A DNA stretch of 64,000 nt. Origin: Octopus vulgaris. Taxonomy: Eukaryota. The stretch spans positions 156,178,001 to 156,242,000 of the forward strand of contig OX597814.1 in assembly GCA_951406725.2 (NCBI GenBank), in the 5' to 3' direction. The position numbers and the translations under genes are program-made. The notes below the pieces were generated by a model. The model made no database searches, was not told the DNA's origin, and saw nothing but the letters and a program-made list of their open reading frames with translations. Positions 14,460 through 29,189 of this stretch are shown piece by piece. Each line of letters opens with the position of its first letter. Position 1 is the stretch's first letter.

Positions 14460-15729
14460 CGAGGTGGTATCAAAATGTTTCCAGACTAGTTCTGTGGTGC
14501 GCCAACAGGGCAGCACTCGGTTGCGTGCGCTGTTAAAGCTAGCAGTGACCTATATGTAGTATGCCGAGTGACGTCACTGTGTTTACCTCGCAAGTTCTGA
14601 AATTTCTGCTTTTGAGATCATGTTTATTCTGTAGTATGCGATTTGTCATGGACAGAAAGCTGGAACAAAGAGCAAGCGTGAAATTGTGATGTACATTTGG
14701 GAAATCTACTACGGAGTCATTGAGCATATATCGGCAGCCTTACGGTGACGAAGCAATGGTTCGTACGCAATGTTTTGAGTGACACAGTTTCTTCAAAGCA
14801 GAAGAACGTCCCTTGAAGACGATGAGCGATCTGGAAGACCTGCCACGAGCGTTACCCCCCCCCCCCAGAAATGTGGAGAAAATTCATCAGCTCGTGTATG
14901 AGGATCAGCAGAGGACAATCAACGACATTGCTGATGTTGTTGGTCTGTCTTATGGGTTCGTGCAGGCATTCCTAACGTCTGAATTGAATATGCGGCGTGT
15001 CTCTGCCAAGATTTCCTTCCGCCTGCTGACCACTAAATAGAAAAAAACATTGTGTCGAACAGTGCCTCCGATTAACCATCCCTCATGTCGAAGATCATTA
15101 TCGGTAATGGGAGTTGGGTCTACGGGTACGACCCTGAGATGAAGCAGCAGTCATCACATTGGGAGAGGCCTTCATCGCCATGACCAGAGAAGGCACGACA
15201 GAATCATAGGTCATCGTTTTTTTCGACATCCGCGATATTGTGCACCGAGACGTCGTCCTCTAGTGTCAGGCCGTTCATGCGATGTTTTGCAAAAGTTTGA
15301 GAGAGGACGTTCAGCAAAAGCGACCAGATCTGTGGAGTGCGAAGGATTGGATTATACACGAGGACAATGCATCCTGTCACCCAACTCTCTTCATTCGTGA
15401 GTCTCTCGCCAACAAGAACATGGAATAACTTTCGCACCCGCCTTATTCGCCAGATTTAGCACCTGCGGATTTCCATCTCTTCCCCAAGATTAAAATGCAG
15501 CTCAAAGATCTCCGTTTTAACACTGTTCCCGTGATCCAGAGCGAACTGTAGAAGGTCCTCGACTCGCTTACGGAAAACGACTTCCAAGCATGATTCCGGA
15601 GTGGCAGGAATGCTGGGACTGGTGTACTGCTGCGCAAGTGAACTATTTCGAAGTTGATGAAGCTAAAACTTAAGTAAATAGGTTATTTTTTAAATATAAC
15701 TAACACGGGTACTTTTTGATACCACCTCG
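14460..15729 (+). mobile_element. mariner DNA transposon, full length, transposase pseudogenised
   Basis: TIRs 'cgaggtggtatcaaaa...tagtt' / 'aactaa...ttttgataccacctcg' followed by TA. Transposase pieces MDRKLEQRASVK (14648), SWVYGYDPEMKQQS, HEDNA and HPPYSPDLAPADFHLFPK; multiple stops and frameshifts. Confidence 0.95.
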
Positions 15730-18647
15730 TATATATGTGCGTGTCTATAGGTCTGTATATTTACAGGTATGTACGAATGTATATGTGTGTGTGTGTCGGC
15801 ATTCCGAGTGCATAACCAAGGTTGCTTTAGTTCACAAAATACAAACTGCATTATAATATATAATAGATAGGCGTGCAAGTTATAAAATTGATAGCATTCA
15901 GTTATTCTCTCTATGGTTGGCTTTATAATTGAAGGAACAATAGGTTTAGAGTAGATTTAAGGATATCACTACCATCTATGTTTGGCAAAGTTGTGTTCTT
16001 CATTAACCGTTATAAATAACTTTGCTGTGCCAACCCGTTCGTGTTTAAATCAACTAAGTTGATTTATTTAACTCAACAAGCTCAATTAATCTTTATAAAA
16101 TGGAAGTAAATTGTGCTGATACTTTCAACTGAAAGAGATACTTTTAAACTGTGAGTAGAGATAATGTAAAACTGTGATAGATTTGTTACAGCGTGTTAAA
16201 ACACTGTTGACTTTTAGTCTTCATTATATCAATACTTTTACCATGAAGTTTCAACCTGTTTATTATTACATCACTATATTCTATCCGAGATATATATTCT
16301 AATGCAAGTGCAAAAATAAGTAATAAGATTAAACTAAAAATGATTTCTTACGTACGTAGAGAAGAAAACATTACAGTCAATCAAATTAGTACTTTTATAC
16401 AAGTACACAAGTAGTGTGTATTTTATTTGCACTTTGCCTCTGACAAAATAAGAAGTATGTACATAAGTTGAATTACAAATTTGGTGTAATAGAAATTAAT
16501 CAGCTAGACTAGAATAAGGAATATAAACGGCGTAAAGTCAAAATAAAATGGATAATTGGATAACTGAACGTAGTACTTTACTGCATTGGAATAAAAGATA
16601 ATAGTGCGTGTCACTGAAATTATCACATTCATTCTAACAACTTTTAGAAAGTGGACATAATCCATCACCCGGTTTATCGCCATCATCACACTCTTGAGTG
16701 ACTACAGAGGAATCCTCTCTGTTGCATGCTTTAAGTCCAGGTTTCCGGTTAGAGAATAATATCCACTCTTTTTTTCCACTGATTTTAAATGCCCTGAAAT
16801 GGGCCCTACTATTACTGAGTAAAAGATATTCTTGTAAATGATATGTAATATGGAAAAACATTGTGTTACCTATTAATATTCTCCCTCTAAAAGCTCCACT
16901 TGGCTGGAAAATATGGAAGACAAATTTTTTCTATCAAGAAAATCATCAAACTGATCTAACACTTTATCCAAACATGATAGCAGCAGAATAAGACAGTGTG
17001 TTTGCTATATAGGATGCAAAATATATATATATATAACATTGCGATAGCCTCAAATGCTAACAGATTTTCATAACAGTGTTTGTTAAAAGCGTCATCCAAG
17101 TAGACAGAAATCACATAACACAACTGGCAGTTGTAAGAGAAGAATGAGATACAAAAATTTGAAAGATATAAATTTTTAACTCAATTTGTGTGGTATATTA
17201 GATTGTTTGGCATAAAAAGCTTGGATCACACGATTGAAAGCACTTACGCTGAACAAATCTAAAATCCCAGGTAGAAATTTGCAGAGATTAAAGACATCAA
17301 ATACTAATAGAACAGACAATTTTGTATTAGGGTATAATACTTTCAGAGGCAAAAGGAATAAAATCCTTTTTTAAAGATATTTTTCAAAACACCTATAATT
17401 TCAGAAACCTGTAGAATCATGAGAACAACATGTCGTGACTATAATAAGTCAATGACAAAGCTTTCATTCACTTGTCCTTGACGAGAAGTTGTAGTTGTTT
17501 CTATCAATAAAATTGCAAATGCATGTTGTGAAGAAATATTACATTTTTTGCCTTTTGAAGTATTTTGTTCTTGAAAAACTGCAAAAAAAAGAAAGAAACA
17601 ATAATATAATCAAACTCCTTCCAAGCTTGTAATAAATGAACCTTTACTCTATCAATGGGGTGACATTTTTCTTCCTTCTGTTCATAGTTTAAAGACTGAA
17701 AAGATAAATCCAATGATAACGCTGAAAATTATCTCCCGTGTATTAGAACGTCATGCGCATAAAAGGAAATGATATAATTCAAAGATGAGAGCGGGGAGAA
17801 AGAGAAAGGGAGAGTGAGAGAAAGAGAAAGAGAAAGTGAGAGAAAGAGAGAGAAATGTTGCCCACAAATTCCCAAATTTACGAATATTGATAATTATATA
17901 AATAAATTTGTAATTCAGCTGGTGAAACTGGCAGTTACAAAATATGATCTGTTATACCATCTATCTTTGCTATCTGAGGGTTATAACTTTAACTATCTGA
18001 TAGAGATTTAAATTTCCCATTCGTACGCAGCACTTACTGTGAAAGTCTGTTGTTGCCCAATATTGTTTCGTAGAAGACTACAAACTATTAGTTCTGTCTC
18101 CCCTCGTATTTTCTTGAATATTTTTAAAAGACGTGCGAACTTTTGTACTTATCCACATTAATTTACAGTATTGTTTTAATTTACTTATTCATTTAAACAC
18201 CAATTTGATGTTTCTTGTATCTCTTCTCGTCATCATTTATTTTTTGGCTTTATTTATACTCCTTTATTTTGTTTTCTCCATTGTCTTCCCATTCTTTATA
18301 TTTCTTGTGTCCTATATATACTTCTTATTAACTATAGTTAAGTCTATTAACCCACCCACGCACACACATACACGCACATACACACACACACAAATTCAAA
18401 CACACACACACACGTATTTTAAATAACAATGAAGAGAAACCATACTAAAAGGTGAAACTAACTATATATATGTTTTTATAGAGAGTCATCTATGTTGATG
18501 TGGGTGTTTATTTGCGTGTGCCCATGAGGGTGTTTGATTGTACATTTTTTTTGTACTGCAAAATAAATAAAAACAACTACATCTATGAATAACAATTTAT
18601 CTATCAATCTATCGATATACATAAATGAATGCACACACGGGCATAAT

Positions 18648-20145
<1,498 letters not shown>

Positions 20146-20845
20146 CAAATATAGCTATATGTACCGTTTGATATTCACGAAGGACTGGTATTTTGCACAT
20201 TTCATAATTACAGTGTTAGGAGAATGTGTTGCTAGGGAATCACACGAAACGAAATTGAAATAAATAAGAATGTACCACCAATATTTACGATAAAACTTTC
20301 AATTTCTAGTTTCGCAAGAGAGAAAAAGAAAACGTTTTTAGTTTCAACATTTCCTTCTTTGGTTACTATTGCTGCATGACAGCTTCAGGAAGAGGCGGAT
20401 AGTGCGGAAGAGAGAGAGAGAAAGAACAATTGAAGTACAGGAGCATATGTTACCACGTAAAGCATAATCAGGATTAAATTCAGAAAAATTCGAAAATGTC
20501 ATGAAAGCTTCCTGTTCTGATAGGACACTGATAGCTGATAGCAATTTAGACAGTAATATATCAGCAGTGTCAACAGCACATGTAATAAACAAGATGTTTA
20601 GGATTGAAATAATGGACTCTGTATGTGCTCATTCTAGCTGTTAGAAATAGGAGACATATCTTCCTTAAATCTAACCCTATTGTTTTGACATAATAGACAA
20701 TGTGATCCTAAACATAAAAAAGCATCGGTCTTTCTCTTCTCATTTACTGGAAAAAATTAGCTATCTTCAGACCTGGAAAGGCATGAACTCCGCTAGATCT
20801 AACAGTGCTCATGACAAGCCGGATAGCAGTCGGAAATATATATAT

Positions 20846-21048
20846 GTGACCGCGTGTGTATCGTTGGCTATTTTCTTTCTCCGTCTTCCCTTCCTTGGAC
20901 CTTTTCTTTTTCTATGTTTCTGACGAAGAGTTCCGCTCGAAACGTTAAATCCTCCTTCTTTCTTTCCTTTCTTGAGCGTCCAAGAACACTATACTTGTTC
21001 CACGTCCTCGCGTTGTTGTGTTTTCTCTTTGTTCATGTTTGGATTAAC
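20846..21048 (+). mobile_element. Short TA-embedded element carrying a minimal hammerhead motif (Penelope pLTR/retrozyme-like)
   Basis: About 200 bp, pyrimidine-rich, flanked by (TA)n on both sides; contains 'gttt CTGACGA a gagt tcc gctc GAAA cgtt aaat'. Confidence 0.6.
20916..20950 (+). ncRNA. Minimal type I hammerhead ribozyme candidate
   Basis: Core CUGACGA (20920-20926) and GAAA (20939-20942), stem II GAGU/GCUC, palindromic AACGUU in place of stem III, stem I GUUU/AAAU. Confidence 0.65.
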
Positions 21049-21082
<34 letters not shown>

Positions 21083-21480
21083 TCATTCACTCACACATAT
21101 ATTCTTTAGATAATGTTGTTTTCGCTCACTTTCTCTTTGTATCTGTGCGTGTATGTGTTTGTGTTTGTGTGTATATGTGTGGGGGGCGGTATGTGCGTGT
21201 GTGTACATCTGGTTTTGTATATGCTTGTTGTTCTGGATGTTATGGCTGACAGTTTTTGACTAAAATGTTTAGAATTATATATTTTGCTCAGTGATTAAAA
21301 TCTATTGGTTTTCAATACAGTTTTCGAATTGTAATTCTTTGGGTGTATTTGTCTGCGTGTTCATGCATTCGCACGCGCGTGTGCAAGAACATCTGGTTTC
21401 CATGAGCTTGTCCCGTGTGTATGTTATAGTAGACTGGCTATGACTAATATCTATAATACTTCGATCGATTAATAAAAGAT

Positions 21481-21805
21481 GTATGGCTCAGTGGTTAGAG
21501 TGTCGAGCTCACAATCATGAGTTCGATTCCCGGACTGGGCTGTGTGTTGTATTCTTGAGCAAGATGCTTTATTTCACGTTGCTCCAGTTCATTCAGCTGT
21601 AGAAATGAACTACGGCCTCACCGGTGCCAAGCTGCCTAGGCGTTTGCCTTTTTCTTGGATAACATCGGTAGCGTGGAGGGGGAAAGCTGATATGAATGGG
21701 CAAATTTTGATCTTCTACAAACAAACAGCATTGCCCGGACTTGTGCCTCGTAGGGTAATTTTCTAGGTGCAATCTCATGGTCATTCGTGACCGAAGGGGC
21801 CCTTA
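21481..21805 (+). mobile_element. SINE family D (tRNA head plus CORE-like segment), copy 1
   Basis: 'tggctcagtggttagag' A box, 'gagttcgattcccgg' B box, then 'tgtgttgtattcttgagcaag...cagctgtagaaatg'. Colinear with 21962-22290. Confidence 0.85.
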
Positions 21806-21961
21806 CCCAGATAAAGAATCCAAAACCTAAAAAAGAAAAGAATATTGACAAAAATTCAATGTATTACATTCAATAAAAAAAGAATTAAGGAGCCAGGACC
21901 AGAATACGAAGAAAACTAGGAAAGTTTTATCAATTTATCCAATAACTTGCAGCCTATGAAC

Positions 21962-22290
21962 ACGCATGGTTCAGTGGTTAGAGCATCAGGTTTATCATCA
22001 TGAGGTTGTGAGTTCGATTCCCGGACCTGGCTGTGTGTTGCGTTCCTGAACAAAGCACTTTGTTTCACGTTGCTCCAGCTTACTCAGCTGTAGAAATGAG
22101 TTGCTACGCCACTGGTGCTAGGTTGCGTCAGACTTTGCCTTTCCCATGGACAACATCGGTGGCGTGGATAAGGGAAACTGGCATTCATGGACAACTGCTG
22201 GTCTTCCACAAACAAGCTTGCCGTGCTTGTACCTCGGAGGGGTACTTTCTAGATGCTATCCCATGATCATTGGTAACCGAAAGAAGTATT
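21962..22290 (+). mobile_element. SINE family D, copy 2
   Basis: Full-length diverged match to 21481-21805. Confidence 0.85.
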
Positions 22291-22704
22291 ATCCCTTTTT
22301 AACTAACCAGTAAAATTGGAGCGAAACAAAAAAGACGTAATTGTTGTTATTCCTATTCAGTTCCAAATGATAGAAATACTCTACATCAGCATTAGAAATG
22401 TTCTGCTCAGATTACTGATGCAATCTGAGCAAGTGGTCACAATCTGTTTACGACTTCACTATAAAGCCTTTTCGCCTTTCAAGTAACAATATTTACATTT
22501 TGGTACCAAAATACAATTTGTAGCAATGTGAAAAAATATAGGGAATTTATGAAGAAAAAGACTGTCATAGAAACAAGGAAATTTTGACAGACTTATAAAG
22601 TAAAAAGAGGTTCCAACTATTTCAGCTGAACAATATACTACTGGCAATGTGACGTCGAATGATGAAATCAAAATCTAGGGATAAAAAAATAATAATGATA
22701 ATTT

Positions 22705-22850
22705 TCCCACATGGGCAGCAATTTTGGGGAAGGGGATAAGTCGATTACATCGACACCAGTGTTCAACTGGTACTTATTTTATAGACCCCGAAAGGATGAA
22801 AGACAAAGTCGACCCCGGCGGAATTTGAACTCAGAACATAGTGGCAAGTG
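22705..22850 (-). mobile_element. SINE family A, partial
   Basis: Reverse complement of the family A core ('ccccgaaaggatgaaa...gtcgacc..ggcggaatttgaactcagaac'). Confidence 0.85.
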
Positions 22851-22859
22851 AAAAACTTC

Positions 22860-22907
<48 letters not shown>

Positions 22908-22920
22908 TGATGATGATGAT

Positions 22921-23158
22921 GATAATGTGCGCTGGGAACAGTAAGTCAATATATAGACAAATTGCTGAAGGAGATTGAAATAGAATGCATGGTAGAGCTC
23001 CAAAAGAAAACTTACCTCTTAGGACAGAAAGAATTATCAGAGGGTTCTAAGCACTTGAAAGACTGCCGAAAACGTGTGGATACATAAGGTCACAGGTGGT
23101 AGTAAACCACTACCACATAAATCCTACTAGGAATAAGATCAAACTTGAACTTCGTTTC

Positions 23159-23160
<2 letters not shown>
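22921..23160 (+). mobile_element. 5'-truncated R4/Dong-type LINE 3' end inserted in (TAA)n
   Basis: Reads 'ALGTVSQYIDKLLKEIEIECMVELQKKTYLLG..RII..VLST*', like the C-terminus of restriction-like-endonuclease LINEs. A short 3' UTR follows. (TAA)n tracts lie on both sides (22860-22920, 23161-23325). Confidence 0.8.
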
Positions 23161-23235
<75 letters not shown>

Positions 23236-23264
23236 TAATAAAATAATAATAATAATAATAATAA

Positions 23265-23325
<61 letters not shown>

Positions 23326-23340
23326 TAATTAATTAATTAA

Positions 23341-23585
23341 TGCCTTGATGCAGTACCAGGCAGTGGCTCTCGCGGCTTCTGATCTTAACTGATTGGAAGT
23401 GTTATCATGTACATTGTTTTGTCTTGGTATAAAAGATGGGCTACAGCAAATATTCTGCTCAATACCACAGATTTGCTTGTCAGTTGTTTGACCTCAACCA
23501 GTTGAGCATGTCCCTTAACCAGTTGATCACGAGCAGAAGTAGTGGGGGGTTATCATAGACATGTGTTGAGAGGGATTATTTGATC
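23341..23585. mobile_element. Probable interspersed repeat fragment abutting the (TAA)n tract
   Basis: Sharp compositional boundary after (TAA)n. It resembles a TAA-associated octopus repeat as I recall it; this cannot be verified within the window. Confidence 0.4.
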
Positions 23586-23804
23586 ACTTTGAAACGGGGG
23601 GAAAGTGCAGATTTCCTTTTTCAGTCTCAAATTACCGGTTATCGATCAGGTTCAATAATCTAAACCTCAACGAGCTGGGTTTCGGTAAGAAACTTACGAA
23701 ATTTCAAGTCTAACGGAGTCGAATCAAACTGTTTCAAACAATAATATATATAATTCCTACTAAATCTGTTGAGTGCCTTTTTCTTTCGTTTGTCCATTCA
23801 CTTG

Positions 23805-23836
<32 letters not shown>

Positions 23837-23904
23837 TGCCTGTGAATTTGCATTTAGCAGTTGAAATATGTCGCGAACGTATTTTAACTGAGCTAAAGTT
23901 TGCT

Positions 23905-23936
<32 letters not shown>

Positions 23937-25184
23937 CGTGTGTGTGTCTGTGTGTGCAATATATATATATATATATATATATATATCATCTAAGAAATAT
24001 ATTGATTAGAAAACTGTTATATGTGCACTTGTGCGAAGATGCATATTTATCCATGTCTCCCACGCCCTATAACGTACATAGATACATGCATACACCCACA
24101 CTCAAGAGCGCATGCGTTATTTTTAATAATTGACAATACCAGTTCTATATAATTGTACCATTTATTTATTTATTTACTTCGTTTTGTGTAATAGCATCAT
24201 TTTCATGGTACATTATTTTGTGAATAACTGTTTGCCGAATGACTATTGACATAAATGGTTAGTGAGCTTTGTAATGTGATTTTGGTCGGATGAAATTCCA
24301 TTTGGTATCCAAATTGAAACTATAATTATGTTTCTTTATGTTGCATATTATTGATTTTCTTTGAGAACTTATGATTTGTCATTTTATCATTCATTTGTAT
24401 ATTAATGTGCATGGCAAACCAATTAGGGAGACTGTAGGTTTAAACATATCCTAGATTTATGCAAACTCAAGCAGGGTTAATGTTGTGTAATTAGCAAAAT
24501 AACACAGAATTCGATGCTTCGTTGATTTTACAATTATTGTCATATTTGGCAATCATACTACATTTGTAGCTATAGTTGAAAGCATGTTTAGTATGTGTCA
24601 ACGGAATTATATTGTCCATTTAGTCTTAAATTATAAGTGAATCAGTTCATCGTCATTCCATTTTGAATTTGGCCGAAACACAACATTTAAAAGAATCAAT
24701 TTACCTAACTAGATATAGATGCTACGAGGATTTGCAATCAAGCACTAGAAACAGAGGTCAATTGTAGATCAGCGAGTTGTTGCGATTTTGATTCGTAACT
24801 CTGGCATAATGCCACGAAGTTTGGAGGCAGGTATAGCCAATTTAATCGTCCCCTGTACTTGACTGGTATTTTATTTTATCGATGTAATGAAATGCTATAT
24901 TGACATTGGTGAGTTTTCAACTTAGAATGTAAAGCGGCGTAACTAAATGCCCCAATACTTAGTTAACTGGCGGAAATAGTGATTTTAATATAGGCACAGG
25001 GTTTTAAATTTCAGAAAGGCGTATATTCCGTTAAATTTAGCTTGAAAATGACTGGTACATTATTTTATAGATCTAGGTAAGACAAAGGTAAATTCAATGG
25101 TATTCAGAATCAGAATATAAATGATCATAACTAACTACTATAAGTTACTTTAAGCAAGGTGAAAATTCTAACAGAGCGTTTTGC

Positions 25185-25482
25185 CCACCATCCGCCCCAT
25201 AATTCCTTTTTGGGGCGACAACCTCCCGTCGCTACCCACCCTCTGTATCATCTTCTCATACTCCTTCAGACTAGCCAAGTCCAACTCCCTTCGCTTCATC
25301 TCCGTGTCTTCTCCAACACTCCGTCCATCTTTAAGACTGCCCTTACCAGCTTCTTCTCTGCCGAAGACAACTCAGACCCGCTAAGGACTATACATTTTCT
25401 AAATGGCATGAAAAAACCGCCCGACTCTCGACAAATTCACACAACAGCTACTGGACAACGCATGCGCGGAAGCAAGCTTCCA
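25185..25482 (-). mobile_element. GC-rich fragment, possibly the 5' UTR/ORF1 start of a non-LTR element
   Basis: Abrupt GC-rich island. The minus strand begins 'ggaagcttgcttccgcgcatgcg' and then reads 'MPFRKCIVLSGSELSSAEKKLVRAVLKMDGVLEK' before disruption. Confidence 0.35.
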
Positions 25483-27559
25483 ACCATACAGCCACTCATT
25501 CATTTATATATGTATATATACCTCTATCCATTTATCTATTTAGCTCTCTCTATATATTTACTTATATGATTTCGATTTTATGTATATATATACGTAAAAA
25601 CAGTCAAACATTAATTAAAACATCATTCAGTTTATTTAAATTGCTTATGAAATTTATTTTTATTGGGCCCAGCACTGGTTTATATTTTCGAAGTTTCATA
25701 CTTAGATATCATCATCCCATACACATACACATGTACAAACATCTACCCACCAATATATACTGTTACATACATACATATTATCATTTCTCCGACTTGCTAG
25801 TAATATAGTGTACGCAGCGTTAAGAGTGATTAACAAGATCTATACATGTCTGTTGCCTTCTGCAGCTGTGTTAAAGGAAGTAGTTTCACTCCTATCACCA
25901 TTGTTTATTTGTCTAAAACTTGAATCAATCGATTTTAGTGTAATAATGTCTCTTGGCCGCCGTTAAATTTTAATTTTAAACACCCCGAGAGAGAGTTTTT
26001 TCTGCATGGATAATCACAGTCAGTCGAAGCTACCACTCACGTATGTAGGTTTCTATCTCATTCTAACTATATTCTGATACCATGAAGATAAAACATTTAA
26101 TCGTAGTACAGTGGCCGAACATGTAACACAAAAACACCACCGTATCTCCATCTCTGAACACCCATTACTAGTGATGTAGACTACTTTCGATTCCCAGTTG
26201 TAATGGTATCAGCTATTTCGATAATGATTTCGCGACAGATATCTCAAAATTGGCATTTCCTTTTCCCGTTAAATGTCATGCTTTGTATGCAAAATCAATG
26301 AAAACTTTCTGTGCTTCCTTACATTAACTTTTTTATGCTTCCTAATCAAATGACTAATTTATTTAGATAATTAAATATATCTAATTTTCAGATATGATAA
26401 TGATTTCTAACTTTTTCATGATTTATCATCTTCCAGTTTTTTTTTGTTTTGTTTCTTTCGATAGTTTTTTTTTTATCGTTATTCGGTAAAGTTGTTAATA
26501 CCAATGATATATTTCGGGATATTCAGAACTGGGAAGACCAAGGGTTCGAATGCTTGTAGTAGAGTAGGCCCCATTAATAGCGTCCAATAATCAGGTGTGA
26601 GTGCTAACCGGATGATGGATTAAGTCTACAGTCCAACTAACCCACGTCAAAATTTAAACTCAGAATGCAAAGAGGTGAAACAAAAATCTCAAAGCTTCAC
26701 GTCCTACGCTCTAACAATTCCGGCAGTTCACTAACCTAGACTAGTATTTTATTTATGAATATTAGGAGGATGAAAAACGAAGTTAACCGCAACTGGATCT
26801 GAACTAAGAATCTAAGTAAGTCGAAAAAATGATAGTAAGACATTTAATCCGATGCCCATAATTTCTTAATGATAAAGATCAATCAGCTTTAATTTTTGGT
26901 TTCAAATTTTGGGACAGGACCAGAAATTTGAGGTGGGAGAGTAAGTCGATTACATCGACCCAATATTCAAGTAGTACTTATATCATCGACCCCGTGAAGA
27001 CTGACGATGTGACGCTTACCACTTTGCCTGGTGTGCTAACGATTCTGTCAGCTCATCGCCTTAATCAGTTTTAATATTAACTTACTACTTCGAAGATCGA
27101 CAGGAGTTAATGCTTTTCTGGTTTGGCCACAACTTTAAAGTAAAAGTACTTTATTTTACCTATTCTGGAGGAAAGAAAGGCAACGTTCATCTCACTGGAA
27201 TGGAATTAGAACTCGTAATGTAAAGATCAAAAATGTGACAAGATTTAACAAGCCTTTAAAATAAAATTCCATGGCTCTCAGAAATCTGTAGCGAAAGTAA
27301 ATATAGTTAAGATGAACACAAAATCGATGTAACACCACGAACACTGATAACAGGGAGAGTCAAAATAGATACTGCAAGTTATAAAATTAAGATGTACTAA
27401 AAATGCAACTGGTCTATTTCAGGTGGACTGATACTTTATTTTTCATCCCTTTAAAGAATGAAAAACAACGTTGGCTACTTACCCACTTGATCACCATGTA
27501 CGTCGTAGTCAGAGAGCAGAGAGATGGTAGAAATGTAGCAATGTATATTCTCTTCAATG

Positions 27560-27940
27560 CGGCGAGCTGGCAGAAACGTTACCACTCCGGGCGAAATGCT
27601 TAGTGGTATTTCGTTTACCGTTACGTTCTGAGTTCAAATTCCGCCGAGGTCGGCTTTGCCTTTCATCCTTTCGGGGTCGATAAATTCAGTACCAGTTATG
27701 CACTAAGGTCGATGTAATCAACTTAATCCCTTTGTTTGTCCTCTCTGTGTTTAGCCCCTTTTGGTAGTAAAGAAATATGTATTTCGTCTGTCTTTACGTT
27801 CTGAATTCAAATTCTGCCGAGGTTGGCTTTGCCTTTCATCCTTTCGGGGTCGAAAATTTAAGTACCAGTTGCGTACTGGGGTCGATCTAATCGACTGGCC
27901 CCTCCCCCAAAATTTCGGGCCTTGTGCCTAGAGTAGAAAA
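27560..27940 (+). mobile_element. SINE family A, composite with body repeated twice
   Basis: Head 'ggcgagctggcagaaacgtta', B box 'gagttcaaattcc'; core repeated at ~27625 and ~27795 with two different 3' ends. Degenerate minus copies lie at ~24800-25130 and ~26640-27220. Confidence 0.9.
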
Positions 27941-27987
27941 TATATATTCTCTTCGAAGCTATGACGACTGTGTCAAATGACTACTTT

Positions 27988-28048
<61 letters not shown>

Positions 28049-29189
28049 CGTGTACAGAGACAAAAGGTGAGGTCAGGGATGACTGATTTATCATAAGAAA
28101 TGACATTAGACAAGTTTAATTAATCTTCATCACTTAGATATAAACTTTATCCGCTTCTATATAAAAGTGTACCAGTGTATATGCATGTGTGTGCCAGTAC
28201 GTCTTTAAGCAGTATGAACTGCAATGATTCTTATTTTTGTATTTAAATGTGTGTGCGTGTGTGTGTGTGCGTATGTATGTGTGAGTATGTGTGTGTTTGA
28301 TTATGTGTTCGCACGTATTAAACCTATACTCAATGTTTTTAATAGAAGCTGATTAAAGAAACTAGATACATCTGCTACCGTATAATGAAGAAAATTCACT
28401 ACAATATTTTCTTTTCTTTTTAGTTTCCATTCAGAACGATATTCTATTCATGTTTCCCGTGCAACAGTTTGCTTGCAAACTCTTGCATATGTAATCATTC
28501 ATTGTACTATATCAGAATTAATGGCATCTTTTTGATTAGTCCTTTGACCTGTACTTTTTCAAGAATCGGAAATTTGATGTTTCAGAAATCTATAATTTTC
28601 CTAAAAGCATTATTAACTGATTTCGAAGGTATACTGGCTAGTCAAGTGATTTAACCTGAGACAGAGTGTTGAAACGGAAATCATTTGTTCCTCATAAAGT
28701 GATAATAGGTATTTACAAAACATGTATAATATTGTATTCATTTACTTTAAGATTATTTTTCATGTTATATCTCGCGATAATATATGATACTATTTCTAAA
28801 GAAAAATTAAAACAAAGATCTGTGTGTATTTTACAATTTTACACTTGCTCGGTGTGGCGGAAAGGGCAGTGCCCTTGGTTTTCGTAGCTCTTGCTAGACT
28901 AGTGAGAGATGTCATCGGGACTCCTCTTGAAAAATTGCAAGTCAACACCTGCGCAAAAAATAAAAATAAAATGTAATGTGTATGTTGAGGAGGATTCAGG
29001 AGGCTCGATGTTTGGGAAGGGAGAGCTGAGCTACAACGACCCAATTGATTATTATAAAAGTGAAGTAGGTAAACTCAAGGAAGGAATAAACATTAGGAGC
29101 TCGCTGTTTGGCGTTCTCCACAAGTAAGACTAGATATCAGTTTCTGTAGACTAGGCTAAAAATCAAGTTTTACAATGCAATGTAGTGTT

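Noticed and set aside
16900-17420. Possible CR1-like LINE relic on the + strand
   Set aside because: Only vague similarity; no clear motif could be read.
21481-21545. tRNA genes at SINE heads (also 7640, 38385, 51141)
   Set aside because: A/B boxes are present but there is no complete cloverleaf, and each continues into a SINE body.
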